Positions 27,832 through 36,500 of a stretch of 64,000 nucleotides of DNA are shown here, in pieces (position 1 is the stretch's first letter; each line of letters starts with the position of its first letter). The stretch lies in the NCBI GenBank assembly GCA_965267575.1, contig OZ254086.1, positions 960,001 through 1,024,000 on the forward strand. The letters run 5' to 3'. The notes below the pieces were generated by a model. It made no database searches, had not been told where the DNA came from, and was given only the letters and a program-made list of their open reading frames with translations. The DNA is from Calditrichales bacterium. Lineage in GTDB: Bacteria; Calditrichota; Calditrichia; Calditrichales; J004. The translations under genes were made by a program, and so were the position numbers.

Positions 27832-29411
27832 TGCGCATTCACCTCGAAATAGTTGTAGTTGGCGCCACCGGCTTCAACCATCAGGCGCAGGACCTGCTCG
27901 CCCTGCTCCAGGCTGAATGTCTTTGTCGTCACATTCTGCCAGTTCTGCCAGCCGCCGCTGGAGGGAATGTCAACCAGCCCGGTGAGGTCATTGTTCCCGC
28001 TGTAAAAGCGAAATTGAGCGCCGCTTTGGTTGGCCGCGCAACGAACGGTTATACTGTAGGAACCGCTTTGCGGCACATCAATGGTGTATTCCAGCCACTC
28101 GCCGTTTTCGGCCCAACCCACATTGTAGCCACCGCCGGCATCACTGCAGCGTTCGATATCCACGCCTTCATCGCTGCGGAAGGCACCGCCTGTGTTGCTT
28201 AGCGGTGTTGTATCGAAATAGGCCACGTTTTGCCCGCCGAGATCGTAGGCTTCACACTGCACGCGTCCCGGCACCTCAAACGGTTCACCGTTGTAGGGCG
28301 TCTGTTCGCAGCCGCTGCCCACCGTCAGATTCAGGATATCGGAAACCTGCGCCATGCCGTTTTTGTCGGTCGCCCGGGCACGCACCATAAGACAGCCTTG
28401 CGGCACGTCGTTCCAGGTGTAACGGAAGGGCGCGCTGTTCACTGTGGCAATCTTCCTGGCGCCGTTAAAAAAAGCCACTTCGCTGATATTCGCGTTATGT
28501 TCAACCGTCGCCTCCAGCGTGACAGGCACACCGGCCTCATAAGTATCGCCGTCCTTTGCTTCCAGCGTTATCTGCGGTCGTTCACCGGCGCGTTCATACA
28601 CCCGCACATAATCGATGTACATGCGTTGCGGAAATTGTGTCGTTTCATCAGGGTAGCCCGGCCAGTTTCCGCCAACGGCCACGTTCAGCAAAATGTGGAA
28701 GCGCTTGTCAAACGGCGCCGGCCAGGGCGCACTGTTGCTGTACCATTCATCCTGCGTGGCATACAGCTCACCATCCACGTACCAGCGCATTTCGCCTGGT
28801 TCCCACTCCAATGCAAACAGGTGATATTCATCCGCGAAACGACCATTATCCAAAGAAAAACTGGTGCCTGTATGCACATTTCCCGGCCAGCTGTCACCGT
28901 AATGCAGCGTTCCGTGAACGGTCGACGGTTCATGTCCGACCAACTCCATGATGTCGATTTCGCCGCTGGCAGCCCAGCCGCCATATTCCCAGTCCGTGGG
29001 CAACATCCATATCGCCGGCCAAATGCCCTGTCCGAAAGGCAGTTTGGCGCGAATCTCAAAGCGTCCGTAAAGCCAGTCGCCTTTGTTTTTAGTGGTCATC
29101 CTGGCCGAGGTATATTCGGAGCCTTCATAATTTTCTTTCCGCGCTTCAATTACCAGAACACTATCCAGTATGTAGGCGTTTTGCGAACGTGCGGTATAGT
29201 TTTGCCATTCGTTGTTACCCCACCCGCTGGCGCCCAGCTCAAAGTTCCAGCGTGAACCATCAACGGCCTCTCCGTTGAACTCGTCCTGCCAGACCAGTTT
29301 CCAATCGCCGTCCTGCCCGGAATCGTTATTTTCCGGTTGCGCGGGATTGGAACAGCTAAAGGAGGTATTCACCAGCAGCAATATGATCAGAAGATTTTTA
29401 TAAACAGACAT
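27828..29411 (-). CDS. GH16 laminarinase-type (EXDXXE) lipoprotein + Ig-like + CBM6
   Basis: Likely start MSVYKNLLIILLLVNTSFSC (ATG 29411, lipobox); WKLVWQDEF, GWGNNEWQNY, GIWPAIWML, GEIDIMELVG, NVAVGGNWPG; CBM6 GWAENGEWLEY...SGGWQNW. Confidence 0.9.
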   Translation of the reverse strand: MSVYKNLLIILLLVNTSFSCSNPAQPENNDSGQDGDWKLVWQDEFNGEAVDGSRWNFELGASGWGNNEWQNYTARSQNAYILDSVLVIEARKENYEGSEYTSARMTTKNKGDWLYGRFEIRAKLPFGQGIWPAIWMLPTDWEYGGWAASGEIDIMELVGHEPSTVHGTLHYGDSWPGNVHTGTSFSLDNGRFADEYHLFALEWEPGEMRWYVDGELYATQDEWYSNSAPWPAPFDKRFHILLNVAVGGNWPGYPDETTQFPQRMYIDYVRVYERAGERPQITLEAKDGDTYEAGVPVTLEATVEHNANISEVAFFNGARKIATVNSAPFRYTWNDVPQGCLMVRARATDKNGMAQVSDILNLTVGSGCEQTPYNGEPFEVPGRVQCEAYDLGGQNVAYFDTTPLSNTGGAFRSDEGVDIERCSDAGGGYNVGWAENGEWLEYTIDVPQSGSYSITVRCAANQSGAQFRFYSGNNDLTGLVDIPSSGGWQNWQNVTTKTFSLEQGEQVLRLMVEAGGANYNYFEVNAQ

Positions 29412-29448
29412 GACGGCACCTTTTGCTAAATAGAATCTTTTTATATAA

Positions 29449-29463
29449 ACAAGAGGCATGCCA
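29449..29463 (-). promoter_or_regulatory. Putative sigma-54 (-24/-12) promoter
   Basis: Minus strand TGGCATGCCTCTTGT; about 40 bp upstream of ATG 29411. Confidence 0.7.
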
Positions 29464-29528
29464 TCAGCGAAAGCAGCGCGGGGCAGCGGATATCTAAGGA
29501 CGGACACAAACAATCATCACACTAATTC

Positions 29529-29563
29529 TTATCAAATTGATAAGCAGTTTATCAATATAATAA
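29529..29563. promoter_or_regulatory. Tandem palindromic operator / upstream activator sites
   Basis: TTATCA-AAT-TGATAA (29529-29543, perfect) and TTATCA-ATA-TAATAA (29549-29563); same motif as 26034-26069. Confidence 0.8.
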
Positions 29564-31009
29564 CTATTTAAGACCGAGTTCCTTGCACATACGGTAAAAA
29601 TTGGGTGGGGCCAAACCAAGGGTTTGCGCGGCTTCGGCGTCGGAATTGCTTTTGGAACGAACAAAGCTGAAATACTCGGCGCGCATTTCCCGCTCCAGCT
29701 TGCGCCACTCTTTAACTTCATCCAGCTCAAAGCGCCACAGGCCTTTGCCGCGCCGGCGCATGGTATTGCCCAGAGCGTTTTGCACGTCCGCCGGGTTGAT
29801 GTCGCCGTCACTCAGAACCAGGATGCGCTGCAATACATTCTGCAACTGACGCACATTGCCGGGCCAGTCAAATTCCTGCAGAGCTTGCAACGCCTTTTTT
29901 TCTACATTCGGCTTGTCCAGTTTCATCTTATCGCACATGCGTTCCAGGAAGTAGTCCACCAGTTCGGGAATGTCACCGCGCCTTTCAACCAGATCCGGCA
30001 CGCGCAGGGTAACCACGTTCAAACGGTAGTAAAGATCTTCACGGAACATCTTATCCTGCACAGCCTCCAAAAGATTTTTATTGGTGGCGGCTATAATGCG
30101 CACATCCACCTGCACCTTCTCCGTGCGGCCAATCTTATCGATTTCACCTTCCTGCAAAACACGCAATAGCTTGGCCTGCGCCGACGCCGGTAATTCCGCG
30201 ACTTCATCCAGGAATAGCGTACCTTTGTGCGCGATTTCAAACAGGCCTTTTTTGTGGGTACTGGCACCTGTAAAGGCGCCTTTCTCAAAACCAAACAGCT
30301 CGCTTTCGATCAACTCGCTGGGCAGGCTGCCGCAGTTTATGGCAACAAATTTTTCCGTGCGCCGGTTGCTGCTGTAGTGCAGATGGTTGGCCACCAGTTC
30401 CTTGCCCGTTCCGGAGTTCCCAAAAATCAGAACGGTCGGCTCCTGGCGGCTCAGCTTTTCAATCTGCGAGCGCAAATTCTCCATGGCCGGCGATTCACCG
30501 ATGATACGTTTTTCTTCCAGCAGATCGTCGATGGTGCGTTTTAACTTGCGCTCCGAAAGGTATTGCTCTTTTGCCAGCTTTTTCTTTTCGTAAGCGTTAA
30601 AGATGCTCAGGATAAAATCGGTGGGCTGATAAATATAATCCTCGATATCGCCGGGATACTTGGTACAATACCACATGGCACCGGCCTCAATCAGGCGGTT
30701 GGCAAATTCAAAATCACCCACGTTGATGGTCATTTTCGTGATCACGATGATCTGCAGAAAACGGTCGATGTTTTTTATTTCGCGTATCAGCTTTTCCCCG
30801 CTGATGCCCCCTACTATCTGGTAATCCATTATCACCACATCAAAACCATCGCGGTCATTTTGCAGGTGCTCCAGAGCTGTCTGACCGTCGGCGGCCATGG
30901 CCTTTATGCGGATGCGGTCTTCAAAAGGCTCCAGGGTCCGTTGAACGCGTTTGGCGTCGTATTCTTCGTCTTCAATCAGCAGGAGATTTATTGTCTTGGG
31001 AAAAAGCAT
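29564..31009 (-). CDS. Sigma-54-dependent response regulator (NtrC family bEBP)
   Basis: REC (LLIEDE, VVIMDY), Walker A GNSGTGKE, ESELFGFEKGAFTGA, LFLDEV, FREDLYYRLNV, WPGNVRQL, C-terminal HTH. Confidence 0.95.
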   Translation of the reverse strand: MLFPKTINLLLIEDEEYDAKRVQRTLEPFEDRIRIKAMAADGQTALEHLQNDRDGFDVVIMDYQIVGGISGEKLIREIKNIDRFLQIIVITKMTINVGDFEFANRLIEAGAMWYCTKYPGDIEDYIYQPTDFILSIFNAYEKKKLAKEQYLSERKLKRTIDDLLEEKRIIGESPAMENLRSQIEKLSRQEPTVLIFGNSGTGKELVANHLHYSSNRRTEKFVAINCGSLPSELIESELFGFEKGAFTGASTHKKGLFEIAHKGTLFLDEVAELPASAQAKLLRVLQEGEIDKIGRTEKVQVDVRIIAATNKNLLEAVQDKMFREDLYYRLNVVTLRVPDLVERRGDIPELVDYFLERMCDKMKLDKPNVEKKALQALQEFDWPGNVRQLQNVLQRILVLSDGDINPADVQNALGNTMRRRGKGLWRFELDEVKEWRKLEREMRAEYFSFVRSKSNSDAEAAQTLGLAPPNFYRMCKELGLK

Positions 31010-32478
31010 TACTTCTCGTTCCGTTTAGGATTTATGTCAATTGTAAAGCGGCAGCCCTTGCCTTGCAGGTTTTCTGCATCAATGCGCCAGCCGCAGCGCT
31101 TGGCGATTTCAAAGGAAAGATAGCAGCCATAGCCGGAATTGCGGCTGTTGGTTTTGGTGGAAATATTTTCCTGGAATATCTTTTTAACACCAAATTCATC
31201 TTCTTCCAGCAGTTCGGGATTAATGCCTTTGCCATTGTCCTCAATCGCGATAACCGTTTGCTCATTGGCGATTGTCTTAACGGTTATAACCGTGTCTTCT
31301 GCGGCGGCGTGGTCTAAACTGTTCTGGAGCAGGGGTTCAATAACTTCCCAAACCACAAATTCGTTCACCTGTACCACCGGAAAATTTTCATCCAGCTCAA
31401 GCTCGAAGCGCAGACGCTCCACATTTCCGGAGAGTCGCATAAAAATGTTATCCACAATAAAGCGGATCACCTCATTGATATTGGTTTTAAAAAGCGGATT
31501 GCGGATGGTGTGCACGGGCGGATCGTACCATTTCATATCATAAATTACGCGTGATATAAAATTAGCGTACTTTCCAACGCGGTATCGCACGTCATCAATG
31601 TTGGACTGCTCCAGCCGCTTCAGGTCCTCCTTGATAAAGCCCATTACTTTTTCTGCTTTATGGTGCGTGTGATAAATACGCTTGGTAAACATAGATTCTT
31701 TCTCGTGGGTAATGTGCTCGCGCAGATAGTGTTCACGTTCGCGGAACAATGCCTGCTGGGCTTCGTCGCGTTCGCGGATGGTATAGGTGGAAATATAAAA
31801 CATGCCCAGCAAACCAAATACGATCAGCGCGGTGAAAACCAGCGTGGTTTCGTTGTAGCTTGTATTTACCTGCTGCGTGAGAAAGGAAAAGTCCGGCTGG
31901 ATACGCACGTACACGGCCCCGGAAAACTCGCCGTTGGGCACCAATGGCACAAACACATGAAACTGTTCATCTTCACCGGAAAAGGTGTAGATACGTTCGT
32001 TTTTGCGCAGATCTTCGTGCAAACCGCTGTATAACCGGATGGCGTTTTCATGGGATTGTTCGCTGAACGGTGCGGCGCCGTCCTGGCGGTAGACAAAATC
32101 AAACAGAGCCTGGCCGTTGTCGATGGCGTAAATACCTTCCCGCGCGTAAACCAGGATGCACATCTCTTCAACGTTTTCCTGCAGTAGCTGCTGGCTCAAA
32201 ATAATGTTGAAGGCGCGGATCATTGTGCGCGCTTCCGTGTCTGTGGGCGGCTCATCCTGGCGGCCGGTTTCCAGCAAAAGCTCCAGCGAAGTCGTGCTGA
32301 GATTGGCAAGACGCTCGGCACTGTCTTTTTTATACCAGTCCAGGATCTGGTTTTGCAGCTCGGAAACGGAAAGTGAGTGGATGTAGGAAACAAGAACCTG
32401 GAATACGATCAGAATGGCAAACAGCACGATGATGTGCTTCCATTCAAAATGCATCTTTTCAAATAAGCGGCCTGGCAC
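31009..32478 (-). CDS. Membrane sensor histidine kinase with atypical H-box
   Basis: Two TM segments flanking a periplasmic domain; RIYHTHHKAEK; LLQNSLDH, IEDNGKGI, NISTK, SGYGCY. Confidence 0.85.
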   Translation of the reverse strand: MPGRLFEKMHFEWKHIIVLFAILIVFQVLVSYIHSLSVSELQNQILDWYKKDSAERLANLSTTSLELLLETGRQDEPPTDTEARTMIRAFNIILSQQLLQENVEEMCILVYAREGIYAIDNGQALFDFVYRQDGAAPFSEQSHENAIRLYSGLHEDLRKNERIYTFSGEDEQFHVFVPLVPNGEFSGAVYVRIQPDFSFLTQQVNTSYNETTLVFTALIVFGLLGMFYISTYTIRERDEAQQALFREREHYLREHITHEKESMFTKRIYHTHHKAEKVMGFIKEDLKRLEQSNIDDVRYRVGKYANFISRVIYDMKWYDPPVHTIRNPLFKTNINEVIRFIVDNIFMRLSGNVERLRFELELDENFPVVQVNEFVVWEVIEPLLQNSLDHAAAEDTVITVKTIANEQTVIAIEDNGKGINPELLEEDEFGVKKIFQENISTKTNSRNSGYGCYLSFEIAKRCGWRIDAENLQGKGCRFTIDINPKRNEK

Positions 32479-32482
32479 GATA

Positions 32483-33805
32483 CTATCTCAAAAAAAGTTC
32501 TTTTTTACTGATGTCTTCACCGGCGCCGGCGATGGCCTGCTGCAGGGTTAATTTCTGTTCCAGATACTGATTGAGGTAAAACGACAAAATGTCGGAGATC
32601 CGTGTGTAGTCATTGCGGTAGGGCCGGTGTTTGCCCATTTGCAACAGCGTGTACATTGCCGTCAAATCCGGGTTGTCCCTGATAAAGGAACTGTCCGAAT
32701 AGACATTCCTGTTAACCGGGATATAGCCGCCGCGCTCAAAAAGCAGCTTTTGCGCCTTTTCGGTCTGGACAAATTTTACAAAAACGGCCGCTTCTTCCTT
32801 GTGCGGGGAAAAACTGGATATGATCAGATTCCATCCTCCGAAAACGGCTGATTTTTCCTGTTCCTGCATACGCGGCAACGGCGCCACGTCGTAGCTTTCC
32901 AGGTATTTGCGCTCCTGTTCCGATAAATCGCTGCTCAGGTCCAGCCCCGGCCAGTAACGTATAAAAGGCACATCATGGTCCAGCACATACTGGCGGCACT
33001 TCACTTCGTCAAAACCCGTTACCACTTCCGGTGCCAGTCCATAGCGGTATATCAGGTCATGTAACAGGCGCATGGATTGCTTGGAAGCGGGATGCCCCAG
33101 ATGAACCGAGTCCCCCAGGAAAATGGTATCTTTATCCTCCACCGAAATGGCTTCATAATAACTGCAAAGCAAGCCTTCAAAACTGTCGCCGGCAAAAAGG
33201 TATACATCAGGGTACAACGCTTTCAGTTTTAAACCAAGGGCAATAAACTCATCCCAGGTCAGGCCATTCTTTATCTGTTCAATATAGCGGTCTCCGTCGT
33301 CCAGTTTTTGTATCAGGTCCGGCCGGAAGTAAAGGATCCCCACATCAATATACATCGGCGCGGCAATAAGCTGATTGCCGGAGAAACAGGATTGCAAAGC
33401 ATAGTCGTTGATCACCTTCAGGTCATCGGGCGTGAAATAGGCGTCCAAAGGATGCGCCCATTTGGCAAAGCGCTGCACCCAGATCAGGTCCACCGCCATC
33501 ACATCCACGCGGTCAGATTTGCTGCGCAGTGTTCGTGCTAGAATCTCTTTGCGTTCGTTGGTACTGAATTTTGTAAAAGGCAGGTTCACCGGGGTAACAC
33601 GTATACTGCCCTCGTGTTCTTCGTTAAAAGCGTTTATGACCGCCTGATGGGCCCCGGAAATATTATCCACATAATAGATCTCGGTAACATGGTCGGAGCT
33701 GAACTTCAACGGGCTGAGAGCATAAAGAATAAGGGAAAAGACACCTATTACAACGGCCGTGGCCACCGCCAGCTTAACGCGGTCTGTGTTAAAACTTTTC
33801 TTCAT
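32483..33805 (-). CDS. Extracellular sugar solute-binding protein (ABC SBP family 1-like), membrane-anchored
   Basis: DVMAVDLIWVQRFA, PMYIDVGILYFRPDL, VAPLP...AVFGGWNLIIS..SPHKEEAAVFVKF. Confidence 0.85.
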   Translation of the reverse strand: MKKSFNTDRVKLAVATAVVIGVFSLILYALSPLKFSSDHVTEIYYVDNISGAHQAVINAFNEEHEGSIRVTPVNLPFTKFSTNERKEILARTLRSKSDRVDVMAVDLIWVQRFAKWAHPLDAYFTPDDLKVINDYALQSCFSGNQLIAAPMYIDVGILYFRPDLIQKLDDGDRYIEQIKNGLTWDEFIALGLKLKALYPDVYLFAGDSFEGLLCSYYEAISVEDKDTIFLGDSVHLGHPASKQSMRLLHDLIYRYGLAPEVVTGFDEVKCRQYVLDHDVPFIRYWPGLDLSSDLSEQERKYLESYDVAPLPRMQEQEKSAVFGGWNLIISSFSPHKEEAAVFVKFVQTEKAQKLLFERGGYIPVNRNVYSDSSFIRDNPDLTAMYTLLQMGKHRPYRNDYTRISDILSFYLNQYLEQKLTLQQAIAGAGEDISKKELFLR

Positions 33806-34472
33806 CGAAAAAGAGATTAACCTCCATTACCTCATCGAGCCGCTTAAGGGCGCGACTGAATTCCTGGGCCTGGTCTTCCTTGCGCAGCTTGATGTAATAG
33901 GACATCTCGAGGAGGCCGTCCTCATCTATCGAGCGCAGGTTAACCAGCTTATAGTCCCTGCAGAAACGCTCCAAAAGCGGGTTTTGTGCCGGGGGGCCGT
34001 CTCCGTCCCCGGAGCGCATGATCATTTGCAGAAGATACTCGCGCCGGGGGTGAGAAACAATCTCCAGGCGGTTAAGCGCAAAGGCGACAAGGCTGACAAT
34101 TATCGTCCCGCCAAAAGCGGCAAAGGCCAGCCCGACACCGGCGGCCATACCGATAGCCAGCGAAAAGAATATAAAAACGATGTCCTGCGTGTCCTTTACG
34201 GCCGTGCGAAAGCGGATGATCGACATGGCGCCCACCAGACCAAAAGCGCGGGCCAGGTTGTTACCGATTACCATAATGACGATCGACGTGATCATTGCCA
34301 GCAGCACCAGGGCGTTGATGTAGCTGTTCAGATAGCCGGGACCGCGGTAGGTTTTGCGGTAAACCCAGGCAATAATCGCTCCGCACAAAAAAGCCACCAG
34401 CAGGTTGCTGATCATTTCGCCCGGCGTAAGCGATGTTTCAAACAGTGATTTCAGATCGGTGAAAAATGACAT
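33789..34472 (-). CDS. DUF4956-family membrane protein
   Basis: IGNNLARAFGLVGAMSIIRFRTAVKDTQDIVFIFFSLAIGMAAGVG signature. Confidence 0.88.
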   Translation of the reverse strand: MSFFTDLKSLFETSLTPGEMISNLLVAFLCGAIIAWVYRKTYRGPGYLNSYINALVLLAMITSIVIMVIGNNLARAFGLVGAMSIIRFRTAVKDTQDIVFIFFSLAIGMAAGVGLAFAAFGGTIIVSLVAFALNRLEIVSHPRREYLLQMIMRSGDGDGPPAQNPLLERFCRDYKLVNLRSIDEDGLLEMSYYIKLRKEDQAQEFSRALKRLDEVMEVNLFFDEEKF

Positions 34473-34485
34473 ATACTCGTCCTCC

Positions 34486-35286
34486 TTAACGATGCAGCAA
34501 GTGAACCGGCTTGCTCAGGCCAAGCGTGCTGTCCGGCCAGTAGAACGCCCGTTTCCTGTAGGCATTCAGGCAGATGGTATATTTGGAAAGGGCCATGCGC
34601 TGCAATCCAAGCTTCTTAATAATTTCCTTGAAAAAACGCGGGTAGCTTCCGTAAAACTTAATTTCCAGAATGGACCTGCCGCGAAGGGCATAGTGCAGGT
34701 CTTCCGTGAACAGACCGTCCAGTTTGGGAAAAGCGTGATAGCGTAAATGGCGGTCCATTGTCGCGCGTACTTTGTATCCGTAATTCGACGAAAAAGCGCG
34801 GCGGTCATAAACCACCAGCATGGACGGCGAGAGGCTGTGGCGTAAAACATGATGATAAAAACGTCTCGCGTCTTCCCTGTTCTTTTCAAAATCCGCGCCG
34901 TTGGTAAGCAGCTTTTCATCGTGCCTGTTAAGATATTCTTCCAGATCGTTGTAAAGCAGCGAAGCGCGGTTTTTGGTTATATAGTTTTCATACTTGCGCT
35001 TAATTTCGAGAAAAGCGTGACTCTCATCCTGGCGCTTATTATAGCCTCGTATCCTTACCTTTTTGCGCACACGGTAGCCTTCGATCTTTTCATGATAATA
35101 TTTGAAATAACGCGTATCCAGGTAAATGCTGCGCACCGTGTAATAATGATTCGGCATACGGGCGGCAAAGGGGTCCAGCTTTAGATATGGGGACAAAGCA
35201 TCCAGAACGCTTTCCACCCGTTCGTCCGGAACCAGGAATTTATATTCCAGGCGCATCGCTCCGTTCATTACATCAGGTCGTTCCAT
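34486..35286 (-). CDS. VTC-domain (polyphosphate polymerase / CYTH-like) protein
   Basis: RLEYKF, YTVRSIYLDT, RKKVRIRGY, FLEIKRK, YDRRAF, VRATMD, ILEIKF, SKY. Confidence 0.88.
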   Translation of the reverse strand: MERPDVMNGAMRLEYKFLVPDERVESVLDALSPYLKLDPFAARMPNHYYTVRSIYLDTRYFKYYHEKIEGYRVRKKVRIRGYNKRQDESHAFLEIKRKYENYITKNRASLLYNDLEEYLNRHDEKLLTNGADFEKNREDARRFYHHVLRHSLSPSMLVVYDRRAFSSNYGYKVRATMDRHLRYHAFPKLDGLFTEDLHYALRGRSILEIKFYGSYPRFFKEIIKKLGLQRMALSKYTICLNAYRKRAFYWPDSTLGLSKPVHLLHR

Positions 35287-36353
35287 AACCTTCCCAACCA
35301 GGTGTAGAATGAAACTTTGCCGCTTTCAATAGAGCACTCCACGGGTAAACCGGGCGCCAGGTGTTTGCCATTGTTTATCGTTCCCGTTATCACGGCCATC
35401 GATTTCTGGGCGAGAATAAAACTCTCCTGTCCGATAAGCGATACATACCCTTTGCTCGACATGCCGGTTCCGGGCACGGAAATACTAAGCGAGTCTCCAA
35501 CGGCGAGCATGGCCGCTTCCTGCCAGGGAACCGCCACGTGCACCACCCAGCTTTCCGCGTCTCGCACAATAAGCAGGGTATCACCGGAGAACAGCTGGGC
35601 TACCGTCCCGCTGAAAGGTGCACGCAGCTTTTTGCCGCTTTGCTTTTCGGCAAGCACCTTTAACTGGCCTTTCAAATCATCAATCCTCTGCTGCGAATAG
35701 GCAATTTGGGCGGGCTTTGCCCCGCTTTGCACCTGTGCCAGTTCCGCTTTGGCAATATCAATTTCCGTTTCATAAAGACGCAAAAGAGTTTCGTGATACT
35801 CGTATTCCTGCTCCGGGATCAATCCCGTATTAAACAAATCCTTTTGACGCTGCAGCACAATTTTCTGCGCTTCATATTGCTGAATGCGGTTTGCCAGATA
35901 ATCGCGCGCGGCCTGCACTACCTCTTTTTTTTCACCGCTGCTGTCCACACGAAAAAGGGCCTGTGCTTCATTCAGTGCTCCGCGCAGTTCCTCTATTCGG
36001 TAGGAATCTTCCAGCGAGAGCACGCCGCCGATTTCAGTGTCTTTCGGGATTGATGTGCCGGGGGCAATACTGTCACTGGGGTCAAAGCGAAAAAGATCGC
36101 CGCGCTGCAATGATAAAACAGAGTAACTGCGCTGGCCGCCGCGCAAATGATCGATTGTTTCGCTTATCACCTGGCCGTCGTTACCGCGTTTTACGATCCA
36201 CTCACGCGATGCCATAATTTTGCCGCGACCGTTTACCGTCCAGCTAAGTTCCGGCGCCCACACGAGCAATATGACAATCGCGATAAGCAAAAGTATGCCA
36301 AGAATCCGTTTAACTTTTTTTGGGTACATCCTTATATCCGCCTTTCGATACAC
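35268..36353 (-). CDS. HlyD-like membrane-fusion (periplasmic adaptor) protein
   Basis: N-terminal TM, long coiled coil, LRAPFSGTV lipoyl-half motif, LAPGLPV; true start may be ATG 36329. Confidence 0.75.
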   Translation of the reverse strand: MYRKADIRMYPKKVKRILGILLLIAIVILLVWAPELSWTVNGRGKIMASREWIVKRGNDGQVISETIDHLRGGQRSYSVLSLQRGDLFRFDPSDSIAPGTSIPKDTEIGGVLSLEDSYRIEELRGALNEAQALFRVDSSGEKKEVVQAARDYLANRIQQYEAQKIVLQRQKDLFNTGLIPEQEYEYHETLLRLYETEIDIAKAELAQVQSGAKPAQIAYSQQRIDDLKGQLKVLAEKQSGKKLRAPFSGTVAQLFSGDTLLIVRDAESWVVHVAVPWQEAAMLAVGDSLSISVPGTGMSSKGYVSLIGQESFILAQKSMAVITGTINNGKHLAPGLPVECSIESGKVSFYTWLGRLWNDLM

Positions 36354-36500
36354 TCCTCAAAATAAGCTTTAAAAATACAAACATTAATCTAACAATAAAA
36401 ACTAATCGCTATTGCTGCGCTTTTTTTAATGGAAATTTTTAGCGCAAAATCCTATTTTACGGCAACCTGCCCGAGCATCATAAAACACCGGAGAGATATT

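Noticed and set aside
29412-29513. N-terminal extension of the GH16 ORF to 29513
   Set aside because: It would run through the sigma-54-like promoter; ATG 29411 gives a proper lipoprotein signal.
36416-36446. TGCGCT...AGCGCA inverted repeat in the divergent promoter region
   Set aside because: Six-bp arms with a long AT spacer and a single occurrence; could be chance.
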